This document shows, piece by piece, positions 1-14,149 of a stretch of 64,000 nucleotides of DNA. Each line of letters begins with the position of its first letter. Position 1 is the stretch's first letter. The notes under the pieces are model-generated. The model was not told where the DNA came from and made no database searches. It saw only the letters and a program-made list of their open reading frames with translations. Origin of the DNA: Octopus vulgaris (Eukaryota); contig OX597818.1 in assembly GCA_951406725.2 (NCBI GenBank), positions 82,212,001-82,276,000 on the forward strand, in the 5' to 3' direction. A program made the position numbers and the translations under genes.

Positions 1-165
1 AAATTCATTTATGCTGATTCTGCTGCTTTTTTGTTGATTTTGCCATCGAAATTATGTAATGTTTTCATTAATCAATTAAAGGGATCGTTTGAACCGTCCG
101 TAATGAATTGACACCTGTACCTCCTGGTTACTAATTTATATTTTATTCACCTATCATAATTTCTC

Positions 166-775
166 TTTTCTCCTCTTTGTGTGGCCACACCTCGAATACT
201 TCTGCCCCCTGTGATCTCCCCATACAAAGTGAAACATTCTGAAAATCGAATCACCCCATAGTGCATTCACTAAAAGAAAGGCATGGCAGACCTCGATTAT
301 TAGAACCGCCTTAAGGCATTTAAACTCCAGCACGGCCGTGAGCGCTACATCATTTGCACCAGCATTACCCAAAGACCTAAACATTACTTTCAAAATCCAT
401 CCAAGGCTAGGAACACGGGCCATACGTCCCCTACCCAATTCAGCATCACAAGGCATAAATATACTGATACTGACTGCAACACAATTTCTATTCTTCAATA
501 GGCCCTACCCTATTTAAAATTGTCCCAAAATTGATTAAAGAAGAAAAGAATCTCATCATCTTTAAACAGAATCCGGACAAATTTCTTGTAGGTATACCAG
601 ATAAGCCACCAATACCTGGATACAACTCACGCTACAAAAACTCACGGCTCGAATGGACCATGATATCACAAAATTTGACTGGATTTAGCAGGTGGTGCTA
701 TTTAGCAGGTGGTGCTATTAAGTTAATCATGGCCTGGAACAATCTTTGGTCTAAAGATATTTAAATTATCTAAGT
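166..775 (+). mobile_element. 5'-truncated, decayed CR1/L2-group LINE 3' fragment (RT C-terminus and tail)
   Basis: Manual translation across stops and frameshifts gives HLEYFCPL*SP..., Y*NRLKAFKLQHGRERYII and LFKIVPKLIKEEKNLIIFKQNPDKFLVGIPDKP. This parallels the 46.6-47.1 kb LINE C-terminus (YWERLKRLRPYSLERRRERYAII; GPQLFNILPK...DLFLSGVPDEP). It ends at a (TA)n run. Confidence 0.8.
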
Positions 776-780
776 TTATT

Positions 781-815
<35 letters not shown>

Positions 816-998
816 ATATATTTATATATACACTTGCACACACGTACACGTTCGTGTGCTCACACACACACACACACACACTCATGCACATTGCCAATAG
901 TTTCATGGGTACGTGTATATCTTCTGTGTGCTTGTGTATCTGTGTATAAGTATATAATTATACGTGAGCAATATCCAACCTCATTCTTAGTATAAGTG

Positions 999-1075
<77 letters not shown>

Positions 1076-1083
1076 GACACACA
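781..1083. repeat. (TA)n and (CA)n microsatellites
   Basis: Directly visible. Confidence 0.95.
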
Positions 1084-1171
1084 TAATATATAAATTTGTG
1101 TAATTTCATTTATGTTCAGTTACAACACATTAAAAACGTATATCTGTGTGTGCAAGTGTGTGTGTATTCGG

Positions 1172-1373
1172 ATGACAGAATCCATAGCAAGCAGAGAAAA
1201 TGCTTAGCGCTCTTTCGTCCGTTCTTACGTTCAGAGATCCTATTCCGCCGAGGCCAACTTTAGCTTTCATCCTTTCGAGGTCGATAAAATAAGTACCAGT
1301 AGAGTACTGGGGTCGATAACATCGACTAGTCCTGTCCCCCCAAATTTCAGGCTTTGTGTCTTTATTAGAAAGG

Positions 1374-1445
<72 letters not shown>

Positions 1446-1636
1446 GTGACCTGGGGGGTTTGTTAGCTCCTCGGGCAAAATGCTTAGTAGCAGTTTTCTG
1501 GAGTTTTGAGTTCTAATGCTACCAGTGATGACTGAGAATTTTATCGCTACCAACTTAGTACCACTAAGGTATTCGGGTGGATGTCATTAACTTTCCCCTT
1601 TCACAAAATTGCGGGACGTGTTCCAAAATTTGAAAG
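1172..1636 (+). mobile_element. Two tandem decayed copies of tRNA-headed SINE family B separated by (TTA)n
   Basis: Recurrent family consensus GCAGAATCGTTAGC...AAAATGCTTAGC...GAGTTCAAATTCCGCC...CTTTCATCCTTTCGGGGTCGATAAAATAAGTACCAG...CTGGGGTCGATGTAATCGACT; (TTA)n at about 1374-1445. Confidence 0.8.
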
Positions 1637-4170
1637 AAAGAATATATATATATCAGGAACTGGATTGTTCAACATATACTCTCTATAAAAACTGGTAGGA
1701 TATATTTTCTACTAATATTCAAAATATTATCGCTAGAAGATGAACCGATCGCATAGCTGTGCCTTGTTTGACGCGTGTTCTCTAAGCGATTGAAATTCTA
1801 TTAATGTATGGTTTTTAACGTGACTGGTCTTACACAGTAAAATAATCTACTTATAATCCTAAGTGTGCCTGATCTTTTACAAGCATAATTTAAACATTAT
1901 ATACCGCCCAGTTCTAAGACTGGTTGTGCTAAGAATGAGGTTTCCTTGTTTGCTCACTGGTGGTAATTACTTTGCGTAAGTAGTATTGCTGAAATAATGT
2001 TGCTAAAATAATGATTGTAATGGTTATTTTTGAAATTGCTTAGCAGCAGACCCAGCAGATCCTTAAATAAAGGTGTTTCAATTATGAAAAAATTATTCAA
2101 GAAGTAAGATATTCTTCCCCGGACTTATTCAATTTGAAAGAAATTTATTGCATTAAATTATAAAGTGAGAATCACGTAACTATAGGATTTTTTGACTCCC
2201 AATTTTGCTGACAGCGCGACTATATTGAGATTTTCAAATACGTTACTGTAAGCTTGTCATAGAGATTTTAGCCATAGCGATACTTATAATATATGTCATG
2301 TATGATGGTACTAGTGATAAAAACATTGTTAGCTCGAATAATTTGGCGTCTCTATCCAGCACATCGCACGACTTTGTTAGAGAGAATGAAAACAAAATCA
2401 GGATTTAAAATTTCGCGAAACCATACATATCCATTTTATACTAATTTGGATTGTTAAGGTTATTTTTTTTTCCGTTAAGTTTAGCAAGGACATCAGTTGG
2501 TTTAAAATTTTCAGAGTTGATATTTCGCCTGAAGGGGTCAGATGTCTCCATCTATTCCTCCGCTAGCCATTGTGGTGACGATGAGTTTCCTTTGCCTCTC
2601 TGGTAACGTATTGCTATCTTTAGTGAGTCTACTTTGTTTATAATGTGGCCTTCCTCTTATTTAAGATTGTACGGCGGATTTTCACACAGGTCATCGAGAA
2701 ACGCACTCTGCTTTTTCCATCCTTAATTCATAATCACCAATTTCTATTTCATTTTTTAAGAGGTGCAATCTGTGATAGTGCGGATTATGTTGAATATGGA
2801 ATGGAGATGGTGATGGTAGGAGAGTAATAGTGGAACCTATGAGGCCATCGTTTGTGTAGGTTGTAGCATGAAATAGCCCTTGCAACTATGATTAAATTTA
2901 TAAAGGGAAAGGAAATCAGTGTAATAGCCGTAAGTTATATAGATAGTCCATATCAATGATTCTATAACTGCATCTGTATACGTGTGTGTGAACGTGTGTG
3001 TAAATATATGCATACGTGTACGTTGTTGAATACTAATGTATATGTGCGTGGGTCTTTGCCGATCTGATTACTTAATATATATATATATATGTAAAATATG
3101 TGCCCGCGCGTGTGTGTGTGTACCTGGATACTAAAGTTGGTTGTATGTGTTAGTTGATGTGTGTTCGAGTGTGCATAGGACAGTAATAAATATATCGCTT
3201 TTAATGAAATTTTATTAAGAAACTACAAACGGTTTCTTTACCATTCGTATGTTGTTTCACACACTGACTGAGTGACATACATACACATACATTAAAATGC
3301 ATATATACTCTTACACTAACACACTTAAGTACACAATCTCACAAAAGTCTCTAGACTTTGATAGGCAGACTCAATATTCATAGCTATATGTAGTTTTACG
3401 GATAAATGGGTATTATAAATTTGATAAAACTGCCGGAGTTATAAACATAAGTAAATGCAAGCACGTACACACAGGCATATATACACATAAACACATTCAC
3501 AAACCCACACAAACAGGCTGATAGACAGACAGACACACGCACACACGCATATACACACTTGTATGTACACATATATGTACACTCATATCAAATACATACA
3601 TACACATTTGCATACATAATGTGTATGAGTGTGTGAATATAAAATGTTTATGTATCAGTGAATACGTGTATATACATGCGTGTGTGAGTGTGTGTAATTG
3701 TAAATGTAGATATATATATATATACATGTAAACTTGTATACGTCTATGCTTCGATGTTTATCGGTGCGTGTACAGCAAATGAGAAAAATGGAACATTTTG
3801 TGATGTTGACAGAAGAAATAAGATTAAAGGGGAAAAAAATTACAAAGAAACGAAAGAATATAAAAAAAAATGTATAAAGGTGGATTTTACCTCCAGTATA
3901 AGAGAGTGAATGAATGAACATGGCTGATTCTTTGTCCAAAGCAGGGAATGAGGTTCACCATGGAAAGATTTATTAAATGTTCCTCACCACGACATGCTCT
4001 GAATATGGGCGTCTTTCAGTTAATGAAATTTCGGTACAGACAGAATATATGACGGTCTATGGAGGGGAGATTTTCTCCTTACTCTATTTCTATGTATGTA
4101 TGTATGTATGTATGTATGTATGTATGTATGTATGTATGTATGTATGTATGTATGTGTGCATGTATCTATC

Positions 4171-4235
<65 letters not shown>

Positions 4236-4591
4236 TTGTAACTGTCTCTCTGTCTAGCTATCTATATATGTGTGTCACTTTCACTCGCTCTCTCACACTC
4301 ACACTCACTCTCTCACTCTCTCACCCTCTCTCTCTTTCCATATCTCTCTTTCTCTCTCTCTTTCTCTCTTTCTCTCTCTCTCTATCTATCTATTTACTTT
4401 TTTCATCTATTTCTTTTCATTCATTCTGTTTTCTTTCACTTCTTCCTTAATATCTACTTACCTACATATATAGCTAAACGACAGTTTAACCGTTTCTGTG
4501 CTTTTCAATATTTTCAACTCCACTTCATTACAGCAGAGTATATATGAATGAATTTACGTATTGAAGAAAGTTTAAACGTGTTTCGTTATAA

Positions 4592-4664
<73 letters not shown>

Positions 4665-4830
4665 AATACATATATATATATATCGCCCCCTTTCTGTCTT
4701 TCTGTACCTCACGTGCCTATACACATTAATAAAGAAAATCAGAGAAAAGTCACATGAGAACCGGACGTATTGAACGCATGTATATATACATACATATATA
4801 TATGCACACATGCATATATACGTTTATACA

Positions 4831-4985
<155 letters not shown>

Positions 4986-5039
4986 GCTCTATGAAAATGA
5001 CTGCTCAGCACCGCATTGCTAGTTATAATTTTGAATTGA

Positions 5040-5810
5040 GGCTACCATTGATTTCATGTTAAGAAATATAGGAAAATACCCTAGTATCTTAACACTTTTT
5101 CAAGTCGATCATATGGAGGAAGGTGTTCGCATCCATTTTGGAAAACACATCCACGTTTATCTTGTGGGGACAGTTGTGAATTCATAATAACAGTATATAC
5201 TACATTTAGGTCAATGTAAATTGACCGAGAAGACACAGACAGAAGGAAATCTTATGGTTTAACCCACCTTATATGGCAAAAGCAGCTAGAAACATAGCTA
5301 GGAAATTCTAACAACTAATAAAAAAAAAACATTTTTTACATTCACACAAATACTACACGTTCTTAAACAGAATACCCAGAAACACCACAGAACGACAATG
5401 CAACTGTAGATCCCCAAACCGCTGTTGTCTAAATAACAACTCTCTCGAGAAAGAACTCGTACACATGGCCAACAACACGGACTTCAACGGAGAAGCAAAG
5501 ACATATATCGGAATGACGGGCAACTTGTTCAAGGATAGGTATACGCAATATCTAGCAGTTTGCTTCATACAGAGACAAACACAAAAGATACACATTTTTA
5601 TTCTATATGGTATGGAGCGTGATAATCCTCGTCTAAACTAGACCATCACAGCTAACATCAGCAACTATAGACGACAGACAGCAAATGCGAGTTATCTATA
5701 ACGAAAAATTAAGTCTCATAACATGAACCATGAACATTTCAAATATTAGAGCGAAAACCTTCTCTCCTTGCATGCACAAGAAACAATTCACACTTCGAAA
5801 TTTCCAGTTT
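5040..5810 (+). mobile_element. Decayed Penelope-like element 3' part (linker and GIY-YIG endonuclease)
   Basis: Translation gives ILWFNPPY..ARNIARKF at about 5250 and QCNCRSPNRCCLNNNSLEKELVHMA...KTYIGMTGNLFKDRY at about 5395-5545. These are typical PLE WFNPP, CxC..C..C and YIG motifs. Confidence 0.85.
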
Positions 5811-5959
5811 GACCTCCACCCACTCTCTCACCCTTCCAAACCGGGTTAGTCTTTGGTTGTCGATTATATGCGTATCATACTTTATATGTATATTATATAC
5901 TAAAGACATATACTGCAATGAACTAACGCTGGATTTCCTAAATACAGATTTATATGTTT

Positions 5960-6415
5960 AGGCGTGGCTGTGTGGTAAGAAGCTTGCTTCCCAACCACAT
6001 GGTTCCGGATTCAGTTCCACTGAGTGGAATCTTGGCAGAGTGCCATATACTGTAACCTCAGGCCGACCAAAGTCTTGTGACTGGACGTGGAAGACGAAAA
6101 TTGAAAGAAGCCTGTCGTACACATACACACACACACGCACACACACACACACACGCACACGCACACACACACACACACACACGCACACACACACACACAT
6201 ATATATGCTTCTGTGTCTGTGTTTAGCTCCCCACCATCGCTTGACAACCGTCCCGTAACTAAGTGCTTCAGCAAAATGAACCGATAGTACTAAGGTTACA
6301 AAGAACTAAGTATTAAGAAAGTACTAATCTTACGAAGAAAACGTTCTGGGGTCGATTTGTTCGACTAAGGGCGGTACTCCAGAATAGCCGCAGTCAAATG
6401 ACTGAAACAAGAAAA
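5960..6415 (+). mobile_element. tRNA-derived SINE family A (octopus OK-like), full length with internal (CA)n
   Basis: Head GGCGTGGCTGTGTGGTAAGAAGCTTGCTTCCCAACCACATGGTTCCGG, internal microsatellite, and tail GGCGGT.CTCCAG...CAGTCAAATGACTGAAACAAG. More than ten related copies occur in the window. Confidence 0.9.
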
Positions 6416-6585
6416 TGACAAAAATGACTACAATGACATATCCATGACATGAATTCACATGATTAACAGGAAAAATATGTATATGGATTTATCAACTTGC
6501 AACTCCATGGTCCAGGTTTAGCGTTAAAGATCTACGAAGTGCCATAAATCGTTATATGCACATACTCAAACATCAACAAAATGCG

Positions 6586-6882
6586 TGTATGTATGTATGT
6601 ATGTTATGTATGTATGTATGTATGTATGTATGTATGTATGTATGTATGTATGTATGTATGTATGCATGTATGTATGTATGCATGTATATATGCATGTATG
6701 TATGTGTGTATGCATGTATGTATGCATGCATGTATGTATGTATGTATGTATGCATATATACCTGTATGCATCTATGTCATTATTGAGTTTTATTTCAAAA
6801 TTTCTTGCCAATAGAGAAAGAGAATTTCCATAACATGAACAGGGTATTTTCGTATGTATGAAATATGTATGTATGTGTTAGT

Positions 6883-6935
<53 letters not shown>

Positions 6936-7012
6936 CATATATATACATATATACATATATATATACATGTGTGTGTATGTATGTATGCGCATCTGTGTAT
7001 GTACGTATATAT
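6586..7012. repeat. (TATG)n / (TA)n compound microsatellite
   Basis: Directly visible. Confidence 0.95.
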
Positions 7013-7703
7013 GTTTTAATCTTCTTTATATGTGAGCGTGGTTGTAATTTTATGTATATATATTTAAAGACATGGGCGTGCACGGTCGTTCTCGCATGAG
7101 ATAATGAAGGAATCAATCTGTTGTGAAAGCAATTACTTCCAAAGATTCAGGGCTAATGTAATGAAGATAACAATTATGATATTCTTATATGTTTCTACCC
7201 TTATTCTGTGTATCTATTTCCAAATACCCTTCAGTCTCGTATATCTCGTGTATTCTCATCGAAAATGAAAGGGAGTAACAACTCCCCCGTGTGGCACGCT
7301 TCAGCTATTTTGAAGATATGTACACATGAAGGCACTGATTATCATATCAACCCACAAATAAATATTTTCCAATAATGCGGTGTTGAGTACCCATTATCAT
7401 TGTATATGTGTGCATATTTATATATACCTGTGTTTGTGTGTGTGTGGTTGCGTGTGTATGTATGGATGTATGCGTCTATGTATATGTGTGTATATAGTTA
7501 TTATTTCCCAGTGGGTTTTCGTCGGTAACGCCACCATAGGAGATCAATATCGTCGCTAAACAGTTAAAATTGTTACGATCATTTAGACAATAACTGAAGA
7601 GAATTTAACTACATTTTCATATTTGTGAACACAAGCATAAGTGTATATATATATCTGTAATGTATGCATATATACCTGTATGTGTATATGTATATATATA
7701 TAT

Positions 7704-8000
7704 GGAGGCGCAATGGCCCAGTGGTTAGGGCAGCGGACTCGCAGTTGTAGGTTCGCAGTTTCGATTCCCAGACCGGGCGTTGTGAGTGTTTATTGAGCGA
7801 AAACACCTAAGGCTCCACGAGGCTCCGGCAGGGGTGCTGGCGATCCCTGTTGTACTCTTCCGCAGCAGCTTTCTCTCACTCTTTCTTCTGTTGGTCTGCT
7901 CGCTTAGCCAGCGGGGTGGCGTCATTTGAAGGCTAAAACAATTCGAAGCGCATTGTGACCAGCGATGTAGCAACATCTGATAGCCTGGTCGGGCACGTGA
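7704..8000 (+). mobile_element. tRNA-derived SINE family C (octopus OR-like), tail type 1
   Basis: A-box TGGCCCAGTGG and B-box-like TTCGATTCC; body shared with the 27312-27607 copy; flanked by (TA)n. Confidence 0.85.
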
Positions 8001-8008
8001 TATATATA

Positions 8009-8260
8009 TACTTGATAATTAGGGTTCAGCAAAGATTTGCTTTACCACATACCGAAGTTTAGAGATAGCAACCAAAACCTTGGCCATTTCTTCTACTTTA
8101 AAAATGGACTCCCAGAGAAACCAAAATACTTGAAAACTAAATACTTGGTTTCGTTGGGAGTCCCTTTTTAAAGTAGAAGAAATAGCTAAGGTATTGGCTG
8201 CTATCTCTAGACTTCGGTATGTGGTAAAGCAAATCTTTGCTGAACCCTAATTATTAAGTA
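8009..8260. mobile_element. Foldback/palindromic element (~105-bp inverted arms)
   Basis: TACTTGATAATTAGGGTTCAGCAAAGATTTGCTTTACCACATACCGAAGT... is the reverse complement of ...ACTTCGGTATGTGGTAAAGCAAATCTTTGCTGAACCCTAATTATTAAGTA, with a short central loop. Confidence 0.85.
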
Positions 8261-8356
8261 ATACTTAAGTTTACTGTGAAATGGTCCTTTTTTCATGCCG
8301 AATTCTACTTGGTGAAATTATTGATTACTTCTTAATTAATTAATTTTACCCTTTGT

Positions 8357-8420
<64 letters not shown>

Positions 8421-9073
8421 TGACGGAGAAAATGAAAGAAAGCGAGAGCAATATACTTATACATATGTATGCATGTATGTATGTATGTATGTATGTATGT
8501 AAGCATGTATGTATGTTTGTATGTATGCATATACGTATGTGTGTACGTGCCGGTACTGCGACACGAGTGTTGATTTTTATCTACAGGTCCACTTTAAGCA
8601 TATACACCTATAGTTAAATATCGTTATTTACTTGCATTTTATCAAAATGCGCCAAAATACTCGATACCAAAGAGAATACCACTTGCTATGTCCATACGAA
8701 TTATCTATAGTTTCTAGACTGCATATATCAAAAGAAACGCACCCACTAACTTTGAGTGTTTGTGTGAGTGCGGGCACGTGTGAATGAGTGCGAATGTGTG
8801 TATATGTTTATCTGCGTGTGCGAGTATGTGTGTGTGTCACTTTCAGAAATGTCTATCGATGAATATGTACCAAATGACGAATGATCGTGACTTCTATTAC
8901 ATATGGGATATGAAAAACAACAACAAAAAAAAACTTATGATGATCATGCAGACAATCCTTTCCCAATCTTGCCAGTGCAAATACAGGGAACCTAATGAAT
9001 CTTCCGATGGAATTCCATAGTCAATATTTGCAGAGACTTATCGCTTTCAAATAACACCCATCTCATATTGTTC

Positions 9074-9074
<1 letters not shown>

Positions 9075-9113
<39 letters not shown>

Positions 9114-9115
9114 TG

Positions 9116-9179
<64 letters not shown>

Positions 9180-9180
9180 C

Positions 9181-9244
<64 letters not shown>

Positions 9245-9293
9245 GTAATAATAATAATGACGATGGTGATGATGATGATGATGATGATGATGA
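9075..9293. repeat. (TAA)n/(TGA)n microsatellite
   Basis: Directly visible. Confidence 0.95.
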
Positions 9294-9369
9294 TCTTCGA
9301 CCTTCTTCGAGATGCAGCATAGTGGCCAACCTTTAGAACATTTAGACTCCTAAGGCCATTTAAATCATA

Positions 9370-9530
9370 CACCGTATTCTGCGGTATACATGTCGACGGA
9401 ATAAATAGCGTAAACATGTGTAATAGTTCAAACATCGACATTATCACTTCACATACTGCTGAATTTCACTTATATTTTGGCTGATAATTTTCATGAGGAC
9501 AATTCGACTTGTATGGCGGAAAATACGGTA
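9370..9530. mobile_element. Small MITE with pogo/Tc2-like TIRs
   Basis: Left CACCGTATTCTGCGGTATACATGTCGA versus right-end reverse complement TACCGTATTTTCCGCCATACAAGTCGA. Confidence 0.6.
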
Positions 9531-9542
9531 TCGTTTTTGCAA

Positions 9543-10560
9543 GCTGGCAGAATCGTTAATATGTTGGACAAACATTGCTTAGCGGCATTTTCCCAGCTCT
9601 TATATCAGGGGTTTCAAATCTTGCCTAGTTTGACTTTACTTTTCATTCCGTCGGTGGTCGATAAAATAAGTACGATTTGGGCACTAGGGATCAATGGAAA
9701 ATATGTTCACGTTCAGCAATCGGGACGGGAGGTTAATGTAATCGGCTAATCCCCTTGCTCTAAATTTACTGGTCTTATGCCAAAATTTAAAACCATATCT
9801 TGCATTCCCAAATAGCAACGAGCTGGCAGAATCGTTACTACTTCAGAAAAAATGCTTAACTTACTTTCTTCCAGTAATCGATGATGAAAGTTCAAATTAC
9901 GCCAACTCCCTTCATTTTCTTGAGGATCCATAACACAAAGTACCAATCAAGATATGAAGTTGATTGAATCGACTTATTCAATTCTTTCAAAATTCTTGTA
10001 AAAAAAGTGGAAAGAGTTATTTTTCATTACTAATTTTTATTTAGTTTCGAGATAATTATATTTGAGCTTACTTTTACATTTATGTGAATATAAAGCATAT
10101 TTTAATATTTCTTGACAAAACGGTAGCTAGGTGGTTACATCGTTAGCACGCCGGGCGAAATGCTTCGCGAAATTCCGTCTGTCTGTCCTGAGTTCAAGTA
10201 TCCCCGACGTCCAATTTAGCTTTCATCCTTTCAGGATTGATAAGGCAAGTACCAGTTGAGCACTGGGGTCGCTGTAATCAACTAACCACCCCCAAATTAT
10301 GGAATTGTGTTAAAATTTGAAACCAATATTTTTTTGACTCAAAAGCAGCGAGTTGGCAGCATTGTTATAACTCAGGGCAAAATACTTAACCGAATTTCGT
10401 CCGTCTGTCTTTAGTTCAAATTCCGCCGACGTTGGCTTTATCTTTTATCCTTTCGAAATTGACAAAATATGTTCCTGTAGGGTAGGTACTTGGGTGAATG
10501 TAATCGATTTAACCCCTTATTGCCGACCAATATTGCTGGCCTTGTGTCAACATTTGTAAG
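9543..10560 (+). mobile_element. Cluster of four head-to-tail decayed SINE family B copies
   Basis: GCTGGCAGAATCGTTA-type heads at about 9543, 9822, 10125 and 10350, each followed by the family body. Confidence 0.8.
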
Positions 10561-11266
10561 CAATAGTAACAGATTTTGCATTTATAATTTTTATATCATT
10601 CTCCAATATTTGTAGTGATTGTTTGATTTGTATCAGCAGAGTCTTCACTATTTCGTTTTCATTTACTGTCAGTGCTATAATATTTTAAAACAATATTGGG
10701 ATTTTGCGTTTCGGTGGACATTTTTCTCGGAACTGCAACAGAGTACACACTACGATCTGTGGATGATAACTTTCATGTATACAAGAAAACAGACGGCTGT
10801 TCAACCTTAATTCTTATACATATATTATTATCAACATCATTAACAGCAACAAAAACAGTAAGAGTGCCGTAGCAAGCAATGCCATCTGTTTGTTCTGTTT
10901 TTTTTTTCCTGGAATTAATCTCTCTTCAAAAAAGATTGCTATATTTAGGATAAAAAGCTTTAAAGGGATTTAGGACAAAATCTGTAAGAACCAGGAAGAG
11001 AAATGCTGTGACCACATTATATTTGTTAATGACAACAACCTGTTGTATTCAAATAACTCCCTTCATTTCCTCTTTGTTGTTTTAATACCGTAATCTCCCT
11101 TTGTCGGTATTATTGGTATTTAATCAAAATTTCGGATATTTTTAGAAATGAAACACGTGTATTGTATTCAATAACGTAAAAGCTTATCTTTCTTACAAGC
11201 ATATTTATGTGATGTGTATACATACATACACACGTACATACATACATACATACATACATACATACA

Positions 11267-11297
<31 letters not shown>

Positions 11298-11415
11298 GTA
11301 TATAGATATATGAATGTGTATATATGTATATACATAAACATATGTAATACAAAGAGAGAGAGAGAAATCATTATATATATATATATATACACATACATAT
11401 ATGTGAGTATATATA

Positions 11416-11486
<71 letters not shown>

Positions 11487-11501
11487 ATGTGTGTGTATAT
11501 A

Positions 11502-12046
<545 letters not shown>

Positions 12047-12106
12047 GCGTGTGTCTGTGTGTGAGCTTTTATGTATGTATAGAGATATATGTAAATAAAT
12101 ATTTCT

Positions 12107-12167
<61 letters not shown>

Positions 12168-12510
12168 TATATACATATAGACTGGCACACGCATATATGC
12201 ATACATATATATATATATATATGCTTTCGTGAGTATGTTACCGTGTGTTTGTATTTTCGTATGTTGTCGTTTATACATGGGACTTACCAGAAATCATCTG
12301 CCGCAGATTAAGGAGAATTTATACGTTTTTAATAAATAATGTATTTACCGTGTATGTTTTCTACAAGAAAAAACAAGAAACTAATCAGATTGACCTGGTT
12401 TTGTTTTAACTACATTTGCTCACTGACACCTACTCTTGTGAGGAAAGTACATGTCACGTATACGTGTCCGGTACAGATACAAACACAGATATACTCATAC
12501 ACACACAGAA

Positions 12511-12547
<37 letters not shown>

Positions 12548-12624
12548 GGACTTTGTCGAAGGCTGGTGACTCTAGCACAAGAATAATTAATTTTAGCATG
12601 TGTGAGGTTGGGTGCTCTAATAGA

Positions 12625-13090
12625 CGCAGACGTAGATACTGTGTGATATGAAGCTTTGCTCCCACCTATGTGGTCTTGAGTTCAGTGCCACTGAATGGCA
12701 CCTTGCACCACTGACTTCCAATATAACCCCTGGTAAGCTGGTGACTTTTGAGTCGGAAAATGAAGGAAGCCTGTCCTTTATCTATCAATCTATCTATTTA
12801 TTCCCATAGATATATATATGTGTGTATGTATATGTATGCATGTGTGTGTGAGTGAGTGTGTGAGTATGTATATGTGTGAATGTGTGTGTATTTGTGTTTG
12901 CGTTTGTCCTCAATGCAGCTTGACAACTGGTATTCACTTCTTTACGTTCCCGTAACATAGAGGGATTCGGCAAAAATGACGGTCGGAATTAGTACGAGGC
13001 TTTAACATATGTGCAGGGGTCGATCATTTCCTCTAAACCCGTCAATATGCTGCCCTAGTCGGACTGCAGTTCACAGAGTGAAAGCAGTAA
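12625..13090 (+). mobile_element. SINE family A (OK-like), decayed
   Basis: Similar to the 5960-6415 copy across head, internal microsatellite and tail. Confidence 0.75.
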
Positions 13091-13244
13091 AACATAAATG
13101 CTAGAAGATAGTGTAAAGATCAAACCTAAGTTATGAACAAATATCTATAGTGTCATATCATTTTATATGTTTGTATCATTTGTAAAATGAGGGCCAGGTC
13201 AGAGACCCTCTATCCCACGAAATATTTTGATATTTTGGAATAAG

Positions 13245-13700
13245 AACCCGATGGAGTTGTTTCGTCGGGCTTACAACTCTTCAGGATTTGACTACATTAC
13301 CTCTACATTCTGCGAAATTATGGCAGCGTAAAGAAAAATATTATCATGATGCTAGCCTACTGAAAATGCTTAGTTTCACGATTACACTAAAAATATATGA
13401 AAATGGCCTTCATGTATTTTCTAAATATAACGATTCGATTCATATAAAACCAGACGCATCCCAACAATTGGCGATTCGTTTCACAGTCATAAAATTCTTC
13501 TGTGCCCAACAGAGTCTAAAAAGATCAGGAGAGAGCCATAATGTAGTACGGCACTTGCATATCTGAAACAGCTCTTCTTTATGCATATTAAGGCATCCTA
13601 AACAGCACCCAGAGAATACTATGTGGGTACATGGCATAAAATCTCATATACACATATTCAATCCTTTGAGTTAAAGGTAAGCTGCCTCGTCTCTCTGTTT
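13245..13700 (-). mobile_element. Highly decayed PLE 3' end (GIY-YIG relic and hammerhead-like motif)
   Basis: Minus-strand VYEILC...GCLNMHKEE...RKY/.AIFI-like fragments followed by CTGAAGA-GTTG/CGAC-GAAAC at about 13245-13290. Confidence 0.4.
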
Positions 13701-14149
13701 TCTGTAAGCTTTAATTTTAGCTGAATTCATTTTACTTTCTTTCAAGGATTCTCGACACATTCATCTATTGTCGTTGCATTACCATTGATATGTCCACCAT
13801 TCTTCCAAGTCCGGTTCTAAGCACTATATCTTGCCATGAACGCCTGTTCTTTGGAATTCTCTGCTGGTTCATGTCTCGTTAGTAAGAATTATGTGGCTAT
13901 GATTCATGACATCAAACACACAGCTCCCACTATCCCAGGGGGCAGGCGAAGGGCGTAGATCGCTACAGCCTAAGCCGAATCTAGAAGCAGAAAACATAGA
14001 AAATATAGGTGTGTGACCTGGGAATACGCATAAATAATGCTGTACTTCTGTATGTTATGAAGATGGAAATATTTTGCAGGTGACTGGTTGTTGAGATTCT
14101 GAGCTCATTTAGAATAAGAAAAAAATAACCCATGTTCATCCTATAGAAA

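Noticed and set aside
2100-2720. Possible L1/Tx1-like RT relic on the minus strand (ENFKPT-like motif)
   Set aside because: Too degenerate to support by eye.
7704-7780. tRNA-like sequence
   Set aside because: It is a SINE head continuing into a repeated body, without a proper acceptor stem or terminator.
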